From a virus (Duplodnaviria; Caudoviricetes), in the IMG/VR virus record IMGVR_UViG_3300017914_002346: a DNA stretch of 64,000 nucleotides; one strand, written 5' to 3'. Positions 17,885 to 28,199 of this stretch are shown in pieces (position 1 is the first letter of the stretch; the number at the start of each line of letters is the position of its first letter). The notes below the pieces were generated by a model that made no database searches, was not told the origin of the DNA, and saw only the letters and a program-made list of their open reading frames with translations. The position numbers and the translations under genes were made by a program.

Positions 17885-18004
17885 TCAATCTCTTTTTGGT
17901 AACATACTAATAATTTTTTCTTGAATAGATTTAGCCCACCAAGGTTGAGGAAAATTCCATCCAATAAAAGCACCTACGATAATCCAAAGAATAATATCTA
18001 CCAT
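17885..18004 (-). CDS. 39-aa membrane protein (not in ORF track)
   Basis: MVDIILWIIVGAFIGWNFPQPWWAKSIQEKIISMLPKRD; AGGAG SD. Confidence 0.7.
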   Translation of the reverse strand: MVDIILWIIVGAFIGWNFPQPWWAKSIQEKIISMLPKRD

Positions 18005-18027
18005 AACAGTCTCCTTTGTTATATTTA

Positions 18028-20520
18028 TCAAGCAAAGAAGTCTTCTAGAGTGTTTTGCTTCTCAGGAGTCCAACCAATAGGAGAAAGAATGATATCCATA
18101 GGTTCAATAATTGCTTTCGAGAATTGTTTTTCGTAATCAATATAGCTAGTAAAACTAAACTCTTTAGGTACTGTATGATTGAACGATAATACATTAGTAC
18201 CTATGTTATTAGGTTCTCTAAGATAGATAAACTTACCTTTTTCACCATCTTTCATAGTTTCCCAGTCTTTTTCTAGATCATACTTCTTAAGCAATCTATT
18301 AAACTGTATAGCACCTCTAATATGAGGAGGAGTACCTTTCTGGAAACCATTCGCAATAGTCATCTTAGAAATATTATTCATAGTTCTAGGAAAAGCAATA
18401 TCTTCAAACTGCATATTAATAAACTTATCCTTAAAGTTAGCAATATATTCTTGTACTGTTTTCTCATCTTCTAATAGAGTAAGTCTAATCATAGTAAGTA
18501 GGGCTTCTCTGCAAGACTGAGGGGTAGAAGATCGAATAGCATCTAAACCTTGAATCTTAAGTTTAGGTTTATCTGGTGGCATTCTCACACCTTCCATATC
18601 CCAAACACACATAGCATATCTCTTCTTAGCAGTCCAGAAGGCAGAAGAAGCAATAGCTTCTCTTTCCATGACCATTTTTTGAGAGTATGCATTAGTATAG
18701 TTCTTAGTATCTTCCCAACCTTCTTCTAATACCTTTTGTACTTGCTCTTTAGCAATCTTATCTAAGATATCTACTATTTCTTCTTTAGACTTATTAGAGA
18801 AAAATTTATTCACTAGAGGTTGACAGTTAAGATAGTTAGAGTCAGTATCGATAGCAATAATATAATCTATATCTTCGGTCTGTAAGACTTTATTCATCCA
18901 TTTGTTAATCTCTCGTTCAGCTACTTGAATAACAAACTGACCTGATAAAGTAATAGACTTACCGATACGCTGATCATACCATCTAAAATACTTGTTAACG
19001 AATGCGCCATAACCTGAGTTAAGTAGAATCTTTAGCACATATTGACGTAGATTTTCTAATGAATCATCTTTACCTTCACGTTGCTTTTGCAACATTTTCT
19101 GTTTAATACCTCTACGCTCATCATAAAGCCTACGCATTAGACGTGGTATTACCCCTTCTATCTCATTGGAGAACACGTATCCTGAACCACATACTGAATG
19201 TCCTACAGGTGCTTTGAAAGACTCTTTAGCAAGGAATTTTTGCACTCTTTCCATATCACCTTCCATAGGCCATACTTGCATTTCAGGTCTAAAAGTTTCT
19301 GGAGAGATATTAAATTGCATAATAAGGTGCGGATACAGAGAGTTTAAATCAAAGGACATACACCATCCATGTTTACCTACTTGAGGTTCTTTAACATGAC
19401 CACCTGGAATATTACCTGATGACTCAGCAGTAGTAATATGGAAATGAGGTATAACTCTATCCTTTTGTAGCTCTTTGTTAATTAAGCTATCCCAAGTTCT
19501 AACAGTAGAGTTAACCTCACCATAGTTAATACAAGCCATATACGCAATCATAATCTGCGCATCAATAAGACCTAACTTCTCGTCGAGTCGTTTAACTAGG
19601 TTAACGTCCTGAATATTGTAGTCAATAAACTTCTGAAAGTTTTCTACATAAAGCATATGCAAACCTGACACTTCAGAATAGTCAAGTTTACGTTCACCTA
19701 GTTCTACAGATGCGATAAAATCTAGTCTATATGACTCTTGAATCTTTGTCTTACGATAACGTTCGATATAGTCAATCTGATCTACACCGTCAATATTAAC
19801 AGCTATCTCCTCTCCTCTAGCAGTCTGAATAGTTCTTAAACTTGCCCTATTCCAAGGAGATAATCTATGACCACCAATACCTAAGTTCTCTAATCTATTA
19901 TAGAGATAAGGAAAGTCAAACTTCTCAATATTCCAACCAGTAACAATATTAGGTGTAAACTGATTCCAATACTTAAGAAACCTTGACAGTAGCTCAGTCT
20001 CTGTTGCACACTCTACATAAACTACTCTTGAACGAATATCTTCTGGCAGTTCTGAGTTTTCTTCTAACCACTTACCATGACCAAAAGTAACAAACTTATC
20101 TACTTTAGAATCGTGAATACATATAGCAGTTACAGGGTATGCAGCATCTTTAGCTTCAGGAAAGCCTTCATTAGAAAAAACCTCGATATCGATATTGAAT
20201 ACTCTAAGGTCTTTCTTATTCCAATTGTCCACCGCATTACCAAAGTTCTCTAACGAATACTGAGATTCAAATCTAGGAAAACCATAGATTTTTAGATTAG
20301 AGTCTTTATGCTCCTGAGCAAATTCGAAAGCACTATTCATGTTATCGAATTCAATAGGTTTAAGGTTAGCACCATAAAGTGACTTATACCCATAATCTTT
20401 CGTATGTTCTACATACAGAGTAGGTTCGTAACGTACTTTGTCACGAACCTCTTCTCCGTTACGAACACCTCTAATTAAGAGTTTATCACCACGTCGAACA
20501 ATATTAGTATAGTAATCCAT
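18028..20520 (-). CDS. gp43: Family B DNA polymerase (T4 gp43-like)
   Basis: DIE exonuclease, SFDLNSLYP, KILLNSGYG, IDTDS, KKRYA. Confidence 0.98.
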   Translation of the reverse strand: MDYYTNIVRRGDKLLIRGVRNGEEVRDKVRYEPTLYVEHTKDYGYKSLYGANLKPIEFDNMNSAFEFAQEHKDSNLKIYGFPRFESQYSLENFGNAVDNWNKKDLRVFNIDIEVFSNEGFPEAKDAAYPVTAICIHDSKVDKFVTFGHGKWLEENSELPEDIRSRVVYVECATETELLSRFLKYWNQFTPNIVTGWNIEKFDFPYLYNRLENLGIGGHRLSPWNRASLRTIQTARGEEIAVNIDGVDQIDYIERYRKTKIQESYRLDFIASVELGERKLDYSEVSGLHMLYVENFQKFIDYNIQDVNLVKRLDEKLGLIDAQIMIAYMACINYGEVNSTVRTWDSLINKELQKDRVIPHFHITTAESSGNIPGGHVKEPQVGKHGWCMSFDLNSLYPHLIMQFNISPETFRPEMQVWPMEGDMERVQKFLAKESFKAPVGHSVCGSGYVFSNEIEGVIPRLMRRLYDERRGIKQKMLQKQREGKDDSLENLRQYVLKILLNSGYGAFVNKYFRWYDQRIGKSITLSGQFVIQVAEREINKWMNKVLQTEDIDYIIAIDTDSNYLNCQPLVNKFFSNKSKEEIVDILDKIAKEQVQKVLEEGWEDTKNYTNAYSQKMVMEREAIASSAFWTAKKRYAMCVWDMEGVRMPPDKPKLKIQGLDAIRSSTPQSCREALLTMIRLTLLEDEKTVQEYIANFKDKFINMQFEDIAFPRTMNNISKMTIANGFQKGTPPHIRGAIQFNRLLKKYDLEKDWETMKDGEKGKFIYLREPNNIGTNVLSFNHTVPKEFSFTSYIDYEKQFSKAIIEPMDIILSPIGWTPEKQNTLEDFFA

Positions 20521-20541
20521 ACCTATATTATAGTACCTGTA

Positions 20542-20937
20542 CTAAGACTTTTTGCCTATTGTATAATTTTGTTTGAGGGTATATTCGTTTTTCTTTGAGA
20601 ATGGGACGATCTTAATTCTATTCAATGAGCTTGGTTCTGCTCTATCTTTTTCTAAGATATCACACAAACCCCATTCTTCTAAAAGTTTAGCAATAGCATT
20701 TCTTCTTGAGACATCTTCTTCTGTAATATCTGTTTTATCCACACCATCAAGTTTAAACAACTCTTTAAAGTGACAAACATAATACTTCCCCCTCTTATGA
20801 AAGAGATGGCAAGTTTGTACTAGTTTTTTATCTCTAGTAGAAATACCAATTCTGGTTAAGGTTTCAACGATTTTGAGGAAGTCTTCTTTTTCTCGCAACC
20901 GCACTTCTAATAAAGTATCTATCATATTATCTTCCAT
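20542..20937 (-). CDS. regA: Translational repressor RegA
   Basis: DFLKIVETLTRIGI...QTCHLFHKRGKYYVCHFKELF. Confidence 0.96.
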   Translation of the reverse strand: MEDNMIDTLLEVRLREKEDFLKIVETLTRIGISTRDKKLVQTCHLFHKRGKYYVCHFKELFKLDGVDKTDITEEDVSRRNAIAKLLEEWGLCDILEKDRAEPSSLNRIKIVPFSKKNEYTLKQNYTIGKKS

Positions 20938-20970
20938 AAATTAGAAGATCCGCATATGATATTTATAAAA

Positions 20971-21408
20971 CTATTTTCCGCCTTTTCTATTGTTATACCA
21001 CTCTTTAATTTGTTTCATTTGAGGTTCTAACAATATCTTTTCATACTGTTTAGCTACTTTGTATGATACGTTGAAGTATTCCATAATCATTTCAGTCTCT
21101 TCAGTTTTCATACCTTTAGCCCATTTAGCGAAATAGTTCTTCTTAGGAAGAGCGTAAAAGTAAAAGTCAAATTGTGCTTTATCTTCTAGTTCATGATACT
21201 TATTTAACTCATTAGCATATAACACTGTATCAGCTCTTTGACTAAATCCTAAATTAGTAAGAAAAGGACTATACCCTGAGAATGTTTCAGGGTAAGTTTT
21301 TTTAGAAATATAATTCATATATACGAAAGGAGACTCTTTATCCTCTTTAGGTACATAAGTCTCTTCTTCTTCAATAATATTACCAAATAAGTCTATTTTG
21401 AGGTCCAT
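20971..21408 (-). CDS. gp62: Clamp loader small subunit (gp62)
   Basis: YSPFLTN..FS...DTVLYANELN...QFDFY...KWAK; position between gp44 and regA. Confidence 0.9.
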   Translation of the reverse strand: MDLKIDLFGNIIEEEETYVPKEDKESPFVYMNYISKKTYPETFSGYSPFLTNLGFSQRADTVLYANELNKYHELEDKAQFDFYFYALPKKNYFAKWAKGMKTEETEMIMEYFNVSYKVAKQYEKILLEPQMKQIKEWYNNRKGGK

Positions 21409-21599
21409 AGTCTATCCAATACAAAATACCATAAACCGTTAAGTAAGGGCTCTATTACAGAAGCTTGAATAGCAATATGTAAAGGAGCACCAGTAACGAT
21501 GCTAATAACACAAGCAGCAATAATAAAGTGACCCAATGTGAAAACAATAGCTCTAGCAAGTGAACCTCTTACAGCTTTATACGAATGGATTATTTCCAT
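21393..21599 (-). CDS. Small membrane protein (DUF2061-like)
   Basis: IVFTLGHFIIA...IEPLLNGLWYFVLDRLW. Confidence 0.6.
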   Translation of the reverse strand: MEIIHSYKAVRGSLARAIVFTLGHFIIAACVISIVTGAPLHIAIQASVIEPLLNGLWYFVLDRLWTSK

Positions 21600-22525
21600 T
21601 TTACACTCTTCATAACTTCTACTACAAAAGCAGCCATATTAATCTCTGCTGATGCAACAAACGCAGCTCTATGCTGATACTCACCCATGATAAGTATAAG
21701 GTTAGGTATAGATTCTGCTTCTACTAAATCAGATATACTCTGATATAATTCATTAAACAATACTGATGAGTCTGGATTATCTGCAATCCATTGACGACAA
21801 GATTTAAAGTCTTTAGCCTTAAGAAAGTTTACAAGACTTTTAACTTTAGAACTATCTACTACGGATAGAATACCAGTATCAATGCTACCAGAAATATTAG
21901 CATAACGTTGTAATTCATTTAACACTCTTCTATTATCTGGATAATGACGTTTAATAACTTCAATAACTACTTCTTTATTATACTCTACGTTTTCTTGCTC
22001 TAATATAGAGAATGTGCGTTTAGCAAACTCTACCATAAGCTTAGGCTGTTCAGCTCTATCGATAGTAAAGTCTACTACAGAACATCTTGAGTGTAGAGGT
22101 TCAATAATTTTATGCTTGAAGTTACAAGTAAGAATGAAACGGCAAGATGAAGAGAAGGACTCAATCAAGTTGCGGAGAGCAGCTTGTGCTTCGGGTGTGA
22201 TATAATCCGCTTCATCGAGAATCACTACCTTCACCTTGCCGTTTGTAGACATGGTAGAAGCAAACGAACCAACTTGCTGTCTTACCATGTCTATACCGCG
22301 CGTTTCAGAACCGTTGATAATGATATAATCACAACCTAGTTCATTACATAAAGCTCTAGCAGCTGAGGTCTTACCAGTACCTGCCCCACCAGAGAGCAAT
22401 AGGTTAATGATCTCACCTTTCTCCTTTAACGCAGTAAATACTTTCTTAATACTATCTGGGAGTATACATTGTTCAATAGTATTAGGACGATACTTTTCTA
22501 CATATAGGAAATCGTTACTCATCAC
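21590..22525 (-). CDS. gp44: Clamp loader large subunit (gp44)
   Basis: VEKYRP, GGAGTGKT, ILDEAD, PLHSRC. Confidence 0.97.
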   Translation of the reverse strand: MMSNDFLYVEKYRPNTIEQCILPDSIKKVFTALKEKGEIINLLLSGGAGTGKTSAARALCNELGCDYIIINGSETRGIDMVRQQVGSFASTMSTNGKVKVVILDEADYITPEAQAALRNLIESFSSSCRFILTCNFKHKIIEPLHSRCSVVDFTIDRAEQPKLMVEFAKRTFSILEQENVEYNKEVVIEVIKRHYPDNRRVLNELQRYANISGSIDTGILSVVDSSKVKSLVNFLKAKDFKSCRQWIADNPDSSVLFNELYQSISDLVEAESIPNLILIMGEYQHRAAFVASAEINMAAFVVEVMKSVKWK

Positions 22526-22550
22526 AACCTTCTTCGCGCGTTTATTTTTA

Positions 22551-22742
22551 TTATAATAGTTTGCCGTGTTTTTTAAGCCACCAAATAGACTTTCCTGTCT
22601 TTTCTTTAGCTTGTTTTAATGTCTCAAAGACTTGACCTTCTACTTCAATAGCCACTGCATTAGAAGTAGCAACTCCTGATTTATTCATTGCTGGAAGGTC
22701 TTTGAATGTCTTTTTCCACTTGGTGTCGAAATCTTTTTTCAT
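22551..22742 (-). CDS. Small hypothetical protein with NUMOD1-like HTH
   Basis: IEVEGQVFETLKQAKEKTG. Confidence 0.5.
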   Translation of the reverse strand: MKKDFDTKWKKTFKDLPAMNKSGVATSNAVAIEVEGQVFETLKQAKEKTGKSIWWLKKHGKLL

Positions 22743-22819
22743 CTTCTTTTTTCTGTTTAATAAACTTTACTCTTTTAATAAATTTTACTAATCTTCTTCT
22801 TTTTCTAGCAAATATACTT

Positions 22820-23098
22820 TTAAGATTTCTCTTTGCTCTTTTCATCTAAAATTCCCCGAACTCTTAACAACTCTACTATTTGAACCGGAACGAATAGATG
22901 TAGTTTATAATTACCTACCATCTCATCTTTTTTAATTTCGTCTTTTAAGATCTGCAAGTTTTCAATAGCCTCTTGCACACTCATAACTAAAAGTTTTTTA
23001 TGAATATCTTTACCAGATTCTAAATACTTTTCAGCAGCAAAATGTGCATCGTAAATAGAACCTTCTAAAGTTTCTCTATCTTTTTTACTAAGAGACAT
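22820..23098 (-). CDS. Hypothetical protein
   Basis: Likely start MSLSKK overlapping the gp45 stop. Confidence 0.55.
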   Translation of the reverse strand: MSLSKKDRETLEGSIYDAHFAAEKYLESGKDIHKKLLVMSVQEAIENLQILKDEIKKDEMVGNYKLHLFVPVQIVELLRVRGILDEKSKEKS

Positions 23099-23753
23099 AA
23101 CTAAACTTTCCGTCTGGAAGCAAAGCAATAAAGTATTCAATACCTTGCGAACCGTTAAAGTGTGATAAACCTTTTGAACATACTTCGATATTATAATCGT
23201 CTTGAATCATTTTTAACTTTTCTACTGAAATAGATAGGTTATAATCTGCTTCCTGATCTGTAGAACAAACATTCTCAAACACAAAGTTATTAGAGTTAGG
23301 AACACCTTTATCATGTAGTAAGATGTCACCGTTAGCAAAGGTAAGCGTAGAAGCGTTATTAGCAGAAGCTGCTCTAATAGCCACACCCCACTGCTCTTTC
23401 TTCATATCAGCTTTGACCTCTACTGACGGTAACGTTACACCCTTCTCTGGAGGAGAAGTGATGATAGAAGGATCGGCGTAGTAATACTTTTGCTTCATTT
23501 TACCTTGGGAGATAATAACATGACCATCCTGAAAATCAAAGTCAGGATCTTCGAACAGGCTTACTACGCCGAGAAACTCATTAAGATCGTAGATAGCAAA
23601 AGAAGTCTCAAACGTCTCATCAACATCTACTTTAGCAAAGATATCTTTAACATTAGATATAGTTTCAATTTTATTACCTGGCTTGACTACAATCGATTGA
23701 TTAATAGAAGCAAAGTTCTTTAGAATAGCTAAAGTCCTTTTAGACAGTTTCAT
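23088..23753 (-). CDS. gp45: Sliding clamp (gp45)
   Basis: MKLSKRTLAILKNFASINQSI...FAIYDLNEFL...YFIAL. Confidence 0.96.
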   Translation of the reverse strand: MKLSKRTLAILKNFASINQSIVVKPGNKIETISNVKDIFAKVDVDETFETSFAIYDLNEFLGVVSLFEDPDFDFQDGHVIISQGKMKQKYYYADPSIITSPPEKGVTLPSVEVKADMKKEQWGVAIRAASANNASTLTFANGDILLHDKGVPNSNNFVFENVCSTDQEADYNLSISVEKLKMIQDDYNIEVCSKGLSHFNGSQGIEYFIALLPDGKFSYVS

Positions 23754-24271
23754 GTTTTTTTCCTTCTACGTTTCTTAGGTTTCTGTTCTTCTATTATAGT
23801 ATCTACAATAGTATCTTTTCTAACCCCATCCTTATTATATGCATGAGCAACAATCTTAAAGTTAGTTTTCATTTGTTGATGTTCACCCCAGTAACTAGAT
23901 ATCCAATCACCGTGATTAAGATACCAATTAATATCAGTTGCATATCCTTGCCACCAATGATATCTATCTGAAGCATGAGCTAACTCTTTATTAGATTTAC
24001 CTCTCATATCTCTTTTATAGATACTAGCTTGTTCTTTTGCATGTTTTTGCCATGCTAAGATTTGATCGAGAGGTTTAAATCTTTTCTTTTCATCATAAAC
24101 ATCTGGATGCCATCTTTTAGTTTTTGCAGGTTTTTTTGCAGCTCTAGCTTTTGCTAACCTTTCAGATGCAGCAGCTTTCTGCTCTGCAGTCATAGGTTTA
24201 CGCTTGCGCTTAGGTTTATAGGTCTTACGCTCAGGGGTAAGAGACTCGATAATTTGTTTCTTGGATACCAT
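23750..24271 (-). CDS. Basic conserved hypothetical protein
   Basis: RKPMTAEQKAAASERLAKAR...YL..GDWIS..WGE. Confidence 0.7.
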   Translation of the reverse strand: MVSKKQIIESLTPERKTYKPKRKRKPMTAEQKAAASERLAKARAAKKPAKTKRWHPDVYDEKKRFKPLDQILAWQKHAKEQASIYKRDMRGKSNKELAHASDRYHWWQGYATDINWYLNHGDWISSYWGEHQQMKTNFKIVAHAYNKDGVRKDTIVDTIIEEQKPKKRRRKKT

Positions 24272-24311
24272 TCACACCTCCTATTATATTATAAGAGGTG
24301 TTACAGAAAAG

Positions 24312-24482
24312 TTATTCTTTAGTTTTGTGAAACTCTATAAGCCATTTGATATCAGTTTTTAATTCTTTGATATCTGCTTCAAGATGTGCTAGGTGGTTTG
24401 ATTCGATGGTCCATACGCGCCAAGCAATAAAGCCAACGACCGTAATAAGAGTAGTGATAAAGATAGACTCGTAGAATTCCAT
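24312..24482 (-). CDS. 56-aa single-TM plus coiled-coil peptide (holin/XhlA-like architecture; not in ORF track)
   Basis: MEFYESIFITTLITVVGFIAWRVWTIESNHLAHLEADIKELKTDIKWLIEFHKTKE; GGAG SD. Confidence 0.65.
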   Translation of the reverse strand: MEFYESIFITTLITVVGFIAWRVWTIESNHLAHLEADIKELKTDIKWLIEFHKTKE

Positions 24483-24564
24483 AGTTGCTCCGTTAGTTCT
24501 TAAAAAATATTTTTAATAATAAAAGCTATTTTACACTGCAGGAGCAACCTGGATAATCTATTTA

Positions 24565-24906
24565 TTATTCCTTGTCTTCGTTATCGTTATTAACTACCGT
24601 AAGATCAGGTTTTTTTCTATAGTCTTTTAAGTCTGCAATATCAGCTTTTAATTGATCAAAGTTAAAAACAATATCCATACTTTCCTTAATATTATCTTCA
24701 CTTGAGATTTCTTTACCGTCAGACTTTGTTGCGATTAAAGAGTCAACATAATCAAAGCCACAAGCTCTTAAAAATGTAACCATCTCTTCTAACACATCAG
24801 GTAAAGATAACTCTTCAAACTCATAAGTAAGAGTATTTTTTACCTCATCATCTTCAATAGTATTCTTAATTAGCGTATAACTTTCAGTATATGAAAAATC
24901 ACTCAT
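24565..24906 (-). CDS. Hypothetical protein
   Basis: Acidic ORF with FLRACGF motif. Confidence 0.7.
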   Translation of the reverse strand: MSDFSYTESYTLIKNTIEDDEVKNTLTYEFEELSLPDVLEEMVTFLRACGFDYVDSLIATKSDGKEISSEDNIKESMDIVFNFDQLKADIADLKDYRKKPDLTVVNNDNEDKE

Positions 24907-25942
24907 GAGTATTTCCTTCGTAGATTCTATTATGTGTATTGTTTACTCTCACAAACGTAGTACATTTAGGGAGTTCTCTTAATTCTCTTGCACCTACATA
25001 AGTACAAGAACTTCTTAAACCACCTAGCATATCTTGAACTGTATTTTCAATAGGTCCTCTATATTTTAACTTTACAGTTCTTCCTTCTGATGATCTATAA
25101 TCAGCTACACCGCCAGAATATTTTTCCATTGCTGTATCAGATGACATACCATAGAAAACTTTATACATATTACCATCTTCTACGATAGTTTCACCACCCG
25201 ATTCATCATGTCCTGCTAGCATACCGCCAAGCATAACAAAATCAGCTCCAGCACCAAAAGCTTTTGACACATCTCCAGGAGTAGTACAACCACCGTCAGC
25301 AATAATCCTTCCACCTATACCATGAGCAGCATCAGCACATTCTATGATAGCAGATAGTTGAGGATAACCTACCCCGGTTTGTAATCTTGTAGTACAAACA
25401 GAACCTGGACCAATACCCACTTTAACAATATCAGCGCCTGCAAGAATTAGCTGTTCTGTAATATCACCAGTAACAACATTACCAGCTACAAGTCTAACTG
25501 TAGGGTTATCTTTCTTAAACCCGCTAATGAAGTTAATGAATCGTTCAGTATAACCGTTAGCTACATCTATACAAACCCATTGAATATTACCTGCTGGTAA
25601 TTTAGATTTTAACTGCATCCATTTTTTAATATCTAGATCAGTAATGCCCATTGTATAACCAATGTACTCTTGAGGTTCAAAGAATACATCATACAACTCA
25701 TCAACTTCGTAATGCTTATGTAAAAATGTAAGCATCTTAAAATCTTTTAAAACTTTAGCAATCTCAATAGTACCAGTGGTATCCATATTAGATGCAATAA
25801 TAGGAATACCTGACCAAGTATTAAGTTCGTTAATCTCAAAGGTTCGCTCTAGATTTACTTCAGATCTAGAGCTAAGTTCACTTCGTTTAGGACGAATAAG
25901 TACGTCACTAAAGTCTAGTTTAATATCATTTTCTATACGCAT
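24899..25942 (-). CDS. guaC: GMP reductase
   Basis: [39 protein letters not shown]. Confidence 0.96.
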   Translation of the reverse strand: MRIENDIKLDFSDVLIRPKRSELSSRSEVNLERTFEINELNTWSGIPIIASNMDTTGTIEIAKVLKDFKMLTFLHKHYEVDELYDVFFEPQEYIGYTMGITDLDIKKWMQLKSKLPAGNIQWVCIDVANGYTERFINFISGFKKDNPTVRLVAGNVVTGDITEQLILAGADIVKVGIGPGSVCTTRLQTGVGYPQLSAIIECADAAHGIGGRIIADGGCTTPGDVSKAFGAGADFVMLGGMLAGHDESGGETIVEDGNMYKVFYGMSSDTAMEKYSGGVADYRSSEGRTVKLKYRGPIENTVQDMLGGLRSSCTYVGARELRELPKCTTFVRVNNTHNRIYEGNTHE

Positions 25943-26576
25943 TAGTTAATGCCTTCCAACTATACGGAGCAATAGGCTCAATTTCTTTCTGTAACATTAT
26001 AGCAAGATCTTGAATTTCTTTCTGCGCGTCTTCTTGAATTCTAAGAGAACAAATTCTGGCAGCAGCAGCTAAACTACCAGTTTCTACCCATTCGGTATAC
26101 ATACCTTGAGGTAAAACTGCTCTGGCTTGTTCAGGAGCTACTCCTTTTTCAATCATAGCTTTATATGAATCTGTAGAGTGTCTTACAGCATCACTATATA
26201 AAAATGAAACAGTATCTAATTCTGATTCAGAGAAGAAACTAGTATCTGAAGAACCTTGTTTTTTATTTTCAGGTCTTTTACGCCAAAGTCTAGTATTATA
26301 AATTTCAGGATCAAAATCTACATATCTTCTAGATACTTCATTTCTTGTAATACCTATTTGATGTTTAAACCATTGACGCGCTACAAAAATAGGAGCGCTA
26401 ATTCTAACTTGATATTGAACTTGACTAAAAGGTGTCCAGTGATCGTGATCAGCTAGATACTTAATTAGTCTTTCATCTTTTTCTTCAAAAATAATTTGTT
26501 CTTTTGCAAACGAAACCCTTGCTGCGTTTACTACATTTACATCTGTACCTAAACTATCAAGTAAGGTTACTTTCAT
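25926..26576 (-). CDS. thyX: FAD-dependent thymidylate synthase
   Basis: [13 protein letters not shown]...[22 protein letters not shown]. Confidence 0.96.
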   Translation of the reverse strand: MKVTLLDSLGTDVNVVNAARVSFAKEQIIFEEKDERLIKYLADHDHWTPFSQVQYQVRISAPIFVARQWFKHQIGITRNEVSRRYVDFDPEIYNTRLWRKRPENKKQGSSDTSFFSESELDTVSFLYSDAVRHSTDSYKAMIEKGVAPEQARAVLPQGMYTEWVETGSLAAAARICSLRIQEDAQKEIQDLAIMLQKEIEPIAPYSWKALTNAYRK

Positions 26577-26578
26577 AT

Positions 26579-27151
26579 TTACCTCTTAGTTACAATTTCA
26601 TCTACGAGACCGTATTCTAATGCTTGTTGAGCAGTCATATACTTATCTCGTTCCATATCTTCAACTAACTTTTCAATGGGTTGTTTAGTATGGTTATGAT
26701 AAATGTTAGTCAATACTTCTTTCCATCGAACTAATTCATTAGCATGAATAACAACATCAGTAGCTTGACCTGATGCACCACCTAAAGGTTGATGAATCAT
26801 ATGACGAGAGTTGGTAGTGATAGATCTATGAGCACCAGAACAGGCGAGCAACGAAGCCATCGATGCTGCTTGACCTATCACTACCGTATGGATTGGAGAA
26901 GTAATATACTGCATCGTATCGTAAATAGCCATCCCATGAGTAACTGAGCCTCCTGGACTATTGACATACATAATAATAGGAGCCTTATCATTTTGCGACT
27001 CAAGCAGTAAAAGCTGAGCTACGAGATGATTAGACATATCTTCGCCAACAACGCCAGTCAAGAATACAATTCTATCCTTGAGCATACGAGTGTATACATC
27101 ATATGCTTTTTCACCATCACGGGTTGATTCTATATAAGCTGGAAACGGCAT
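26579..27151 (-). CDS. clpP: ClpP protease proteolytic subunit
   Basis: YVNSPGGSV, GQAASM (Ser), MIHQP (His), QATD (Asp), DMERD. Confidence 0.96.
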   Translation of the reverse strand: MPFPAYIESTRDGEKAYDVYTRMLKDRIVFLTGVVGEDMSNHLVAQLLLLESQNDKAPIIMYVNSPGGSVTHGMAIYDTMQYITSPIHTVVIGQAASMASLLACSGAHRSITTNSRHMIHQPLGGASGQATDVVIHANELVRWKEVLTNIYHNHTKQPIEKLVEDMERDKYMTAQQALEYGLVDEIVTKR

Positions 27152-27182
27152 CTTTTCTCCTTCTAATCCATAATAGTATTAT

Positions 27183-27217
27183 AAAAAAAGAAGCAGAGAG
27201 TTTCTCTGCTTCTCTTT
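27183..27217 (-). terminator. Rho-independent terminator after porin
   Basis: AGAAGCAGAGA/TCTCTGCTTCT stem with a T-run. Confidence 0.75.
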
Positions 27218-27236
27218 ATCGTTGATAAAAAATATC

Positions 27237-28178
27237 TTAGAAAGATACTTTTAGACCAAAGTTATATGACTGACCATCTTCCTCTGTAACAGCAGAAGAT
27301 TGTTTCTCTTCATAGTCTGTCATAGTTGCGTGTACAACTAAACCAGGAGCAACAGTTTTAGCAACTGTTACAGCAGTTTCGTTAAATTTATACGCGGAAT
27401 CTTTATCATCTTTAGCTTCTGCCATATGAGTTGAGATATCTAAACCATTCATGCTAGTTTTAATACCAATACTGTTACCAGTATATGCATACGTCTCAGC
27501 GTCATCTTCTTTAGTATTTTGTGCTAATGTAATAGCTGCCATACCTGCATTAATTGTAAAGCCATATGACTTAATATCAATACCTGTATCAGCAGTGCCA
27601 TTATCATCTACCATTTCCATTGCATACTGTGCAGTAACTGGGCCAGCTGTATAACTTAAACCTAAACCTGTTGTATCTGCTTTTGATGTAGTACCTGCAT
27701 CAACAAAACCTACACCAAAATTTAAGCCTGCAATTGAGTTATGATAACCAATGCCGTTTTCTTCATTAGATGCACCGATTAGCTCACCGCCAGTATATTC
27801 AATTGTACCAGTACCATGGTAATCATCACCGGCTACTCTACCGTCAATTGAATATGTATCAGCTGCACTGTTACCGCCCATTACAATTTTACCAAAATCA
27901 CCAGCGATAAAAGCACTTACGCCATCAGCGTCATGTGTACCATCTTCCATATCTAAAAGAGTAGCACCCATAGTCATACCATTATCTAAAGCAGTTTTTG
28001 CCTTAATTGTAATTGTATGGTCAACATCCATTTTTGTGTTGTTAGCCCCACCTGTATCAACTTCGGCATCATCCCACATCTGATAATCAAAAGTACTTGA
28101 ACCAGAAATAGTAATATCCGAAGCCATTGCAGGTGATGCTAATACTGCCAACACTGCAGCCGTCATCATCTTTTTCAT
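27237..28178 (-). CDS. Outer-membrane porin (alphaproteobacterial type)
   Basis: Start reassigned to MKKMMTAAVLAVLASPAMA (signal peptide, AAGGAG SD); LDNGMT.G, GDFGKIVMG, TVAPGL; C-terminal Phe. Confidence 0.85.
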   Translation of the reverse strand: MKKMMTAAVLAVLASPAMASDITISGSSTFDYQMWDDAEVDTGGANNTKMDVDHTITIKAKTALDNGMTMGATLLDMEDGTHDADGVSAFIAGDFGKIVMGGNSAADTYSIDGRVAGDDYHGTGTIEYTGGELIGASNEENGIGYHNSIAGLNFGVGFVDAGTTSKADTTGLGLSYTAGPVTAQYAMEMVDDNGTADTGIDIKSYGFTINAGMAAITLAQNTKEDDAETYAYTGNSIGIKTSMNGLDISTHMAEAKDDKDSAYKFNETAVTVAKTVAPGLVVHATMTDYEEKQSSAVTEEDGQSYNFGLKVSF

Positions 28179-28199
28179 TTTGAGCTCCTTTCGTACGAC

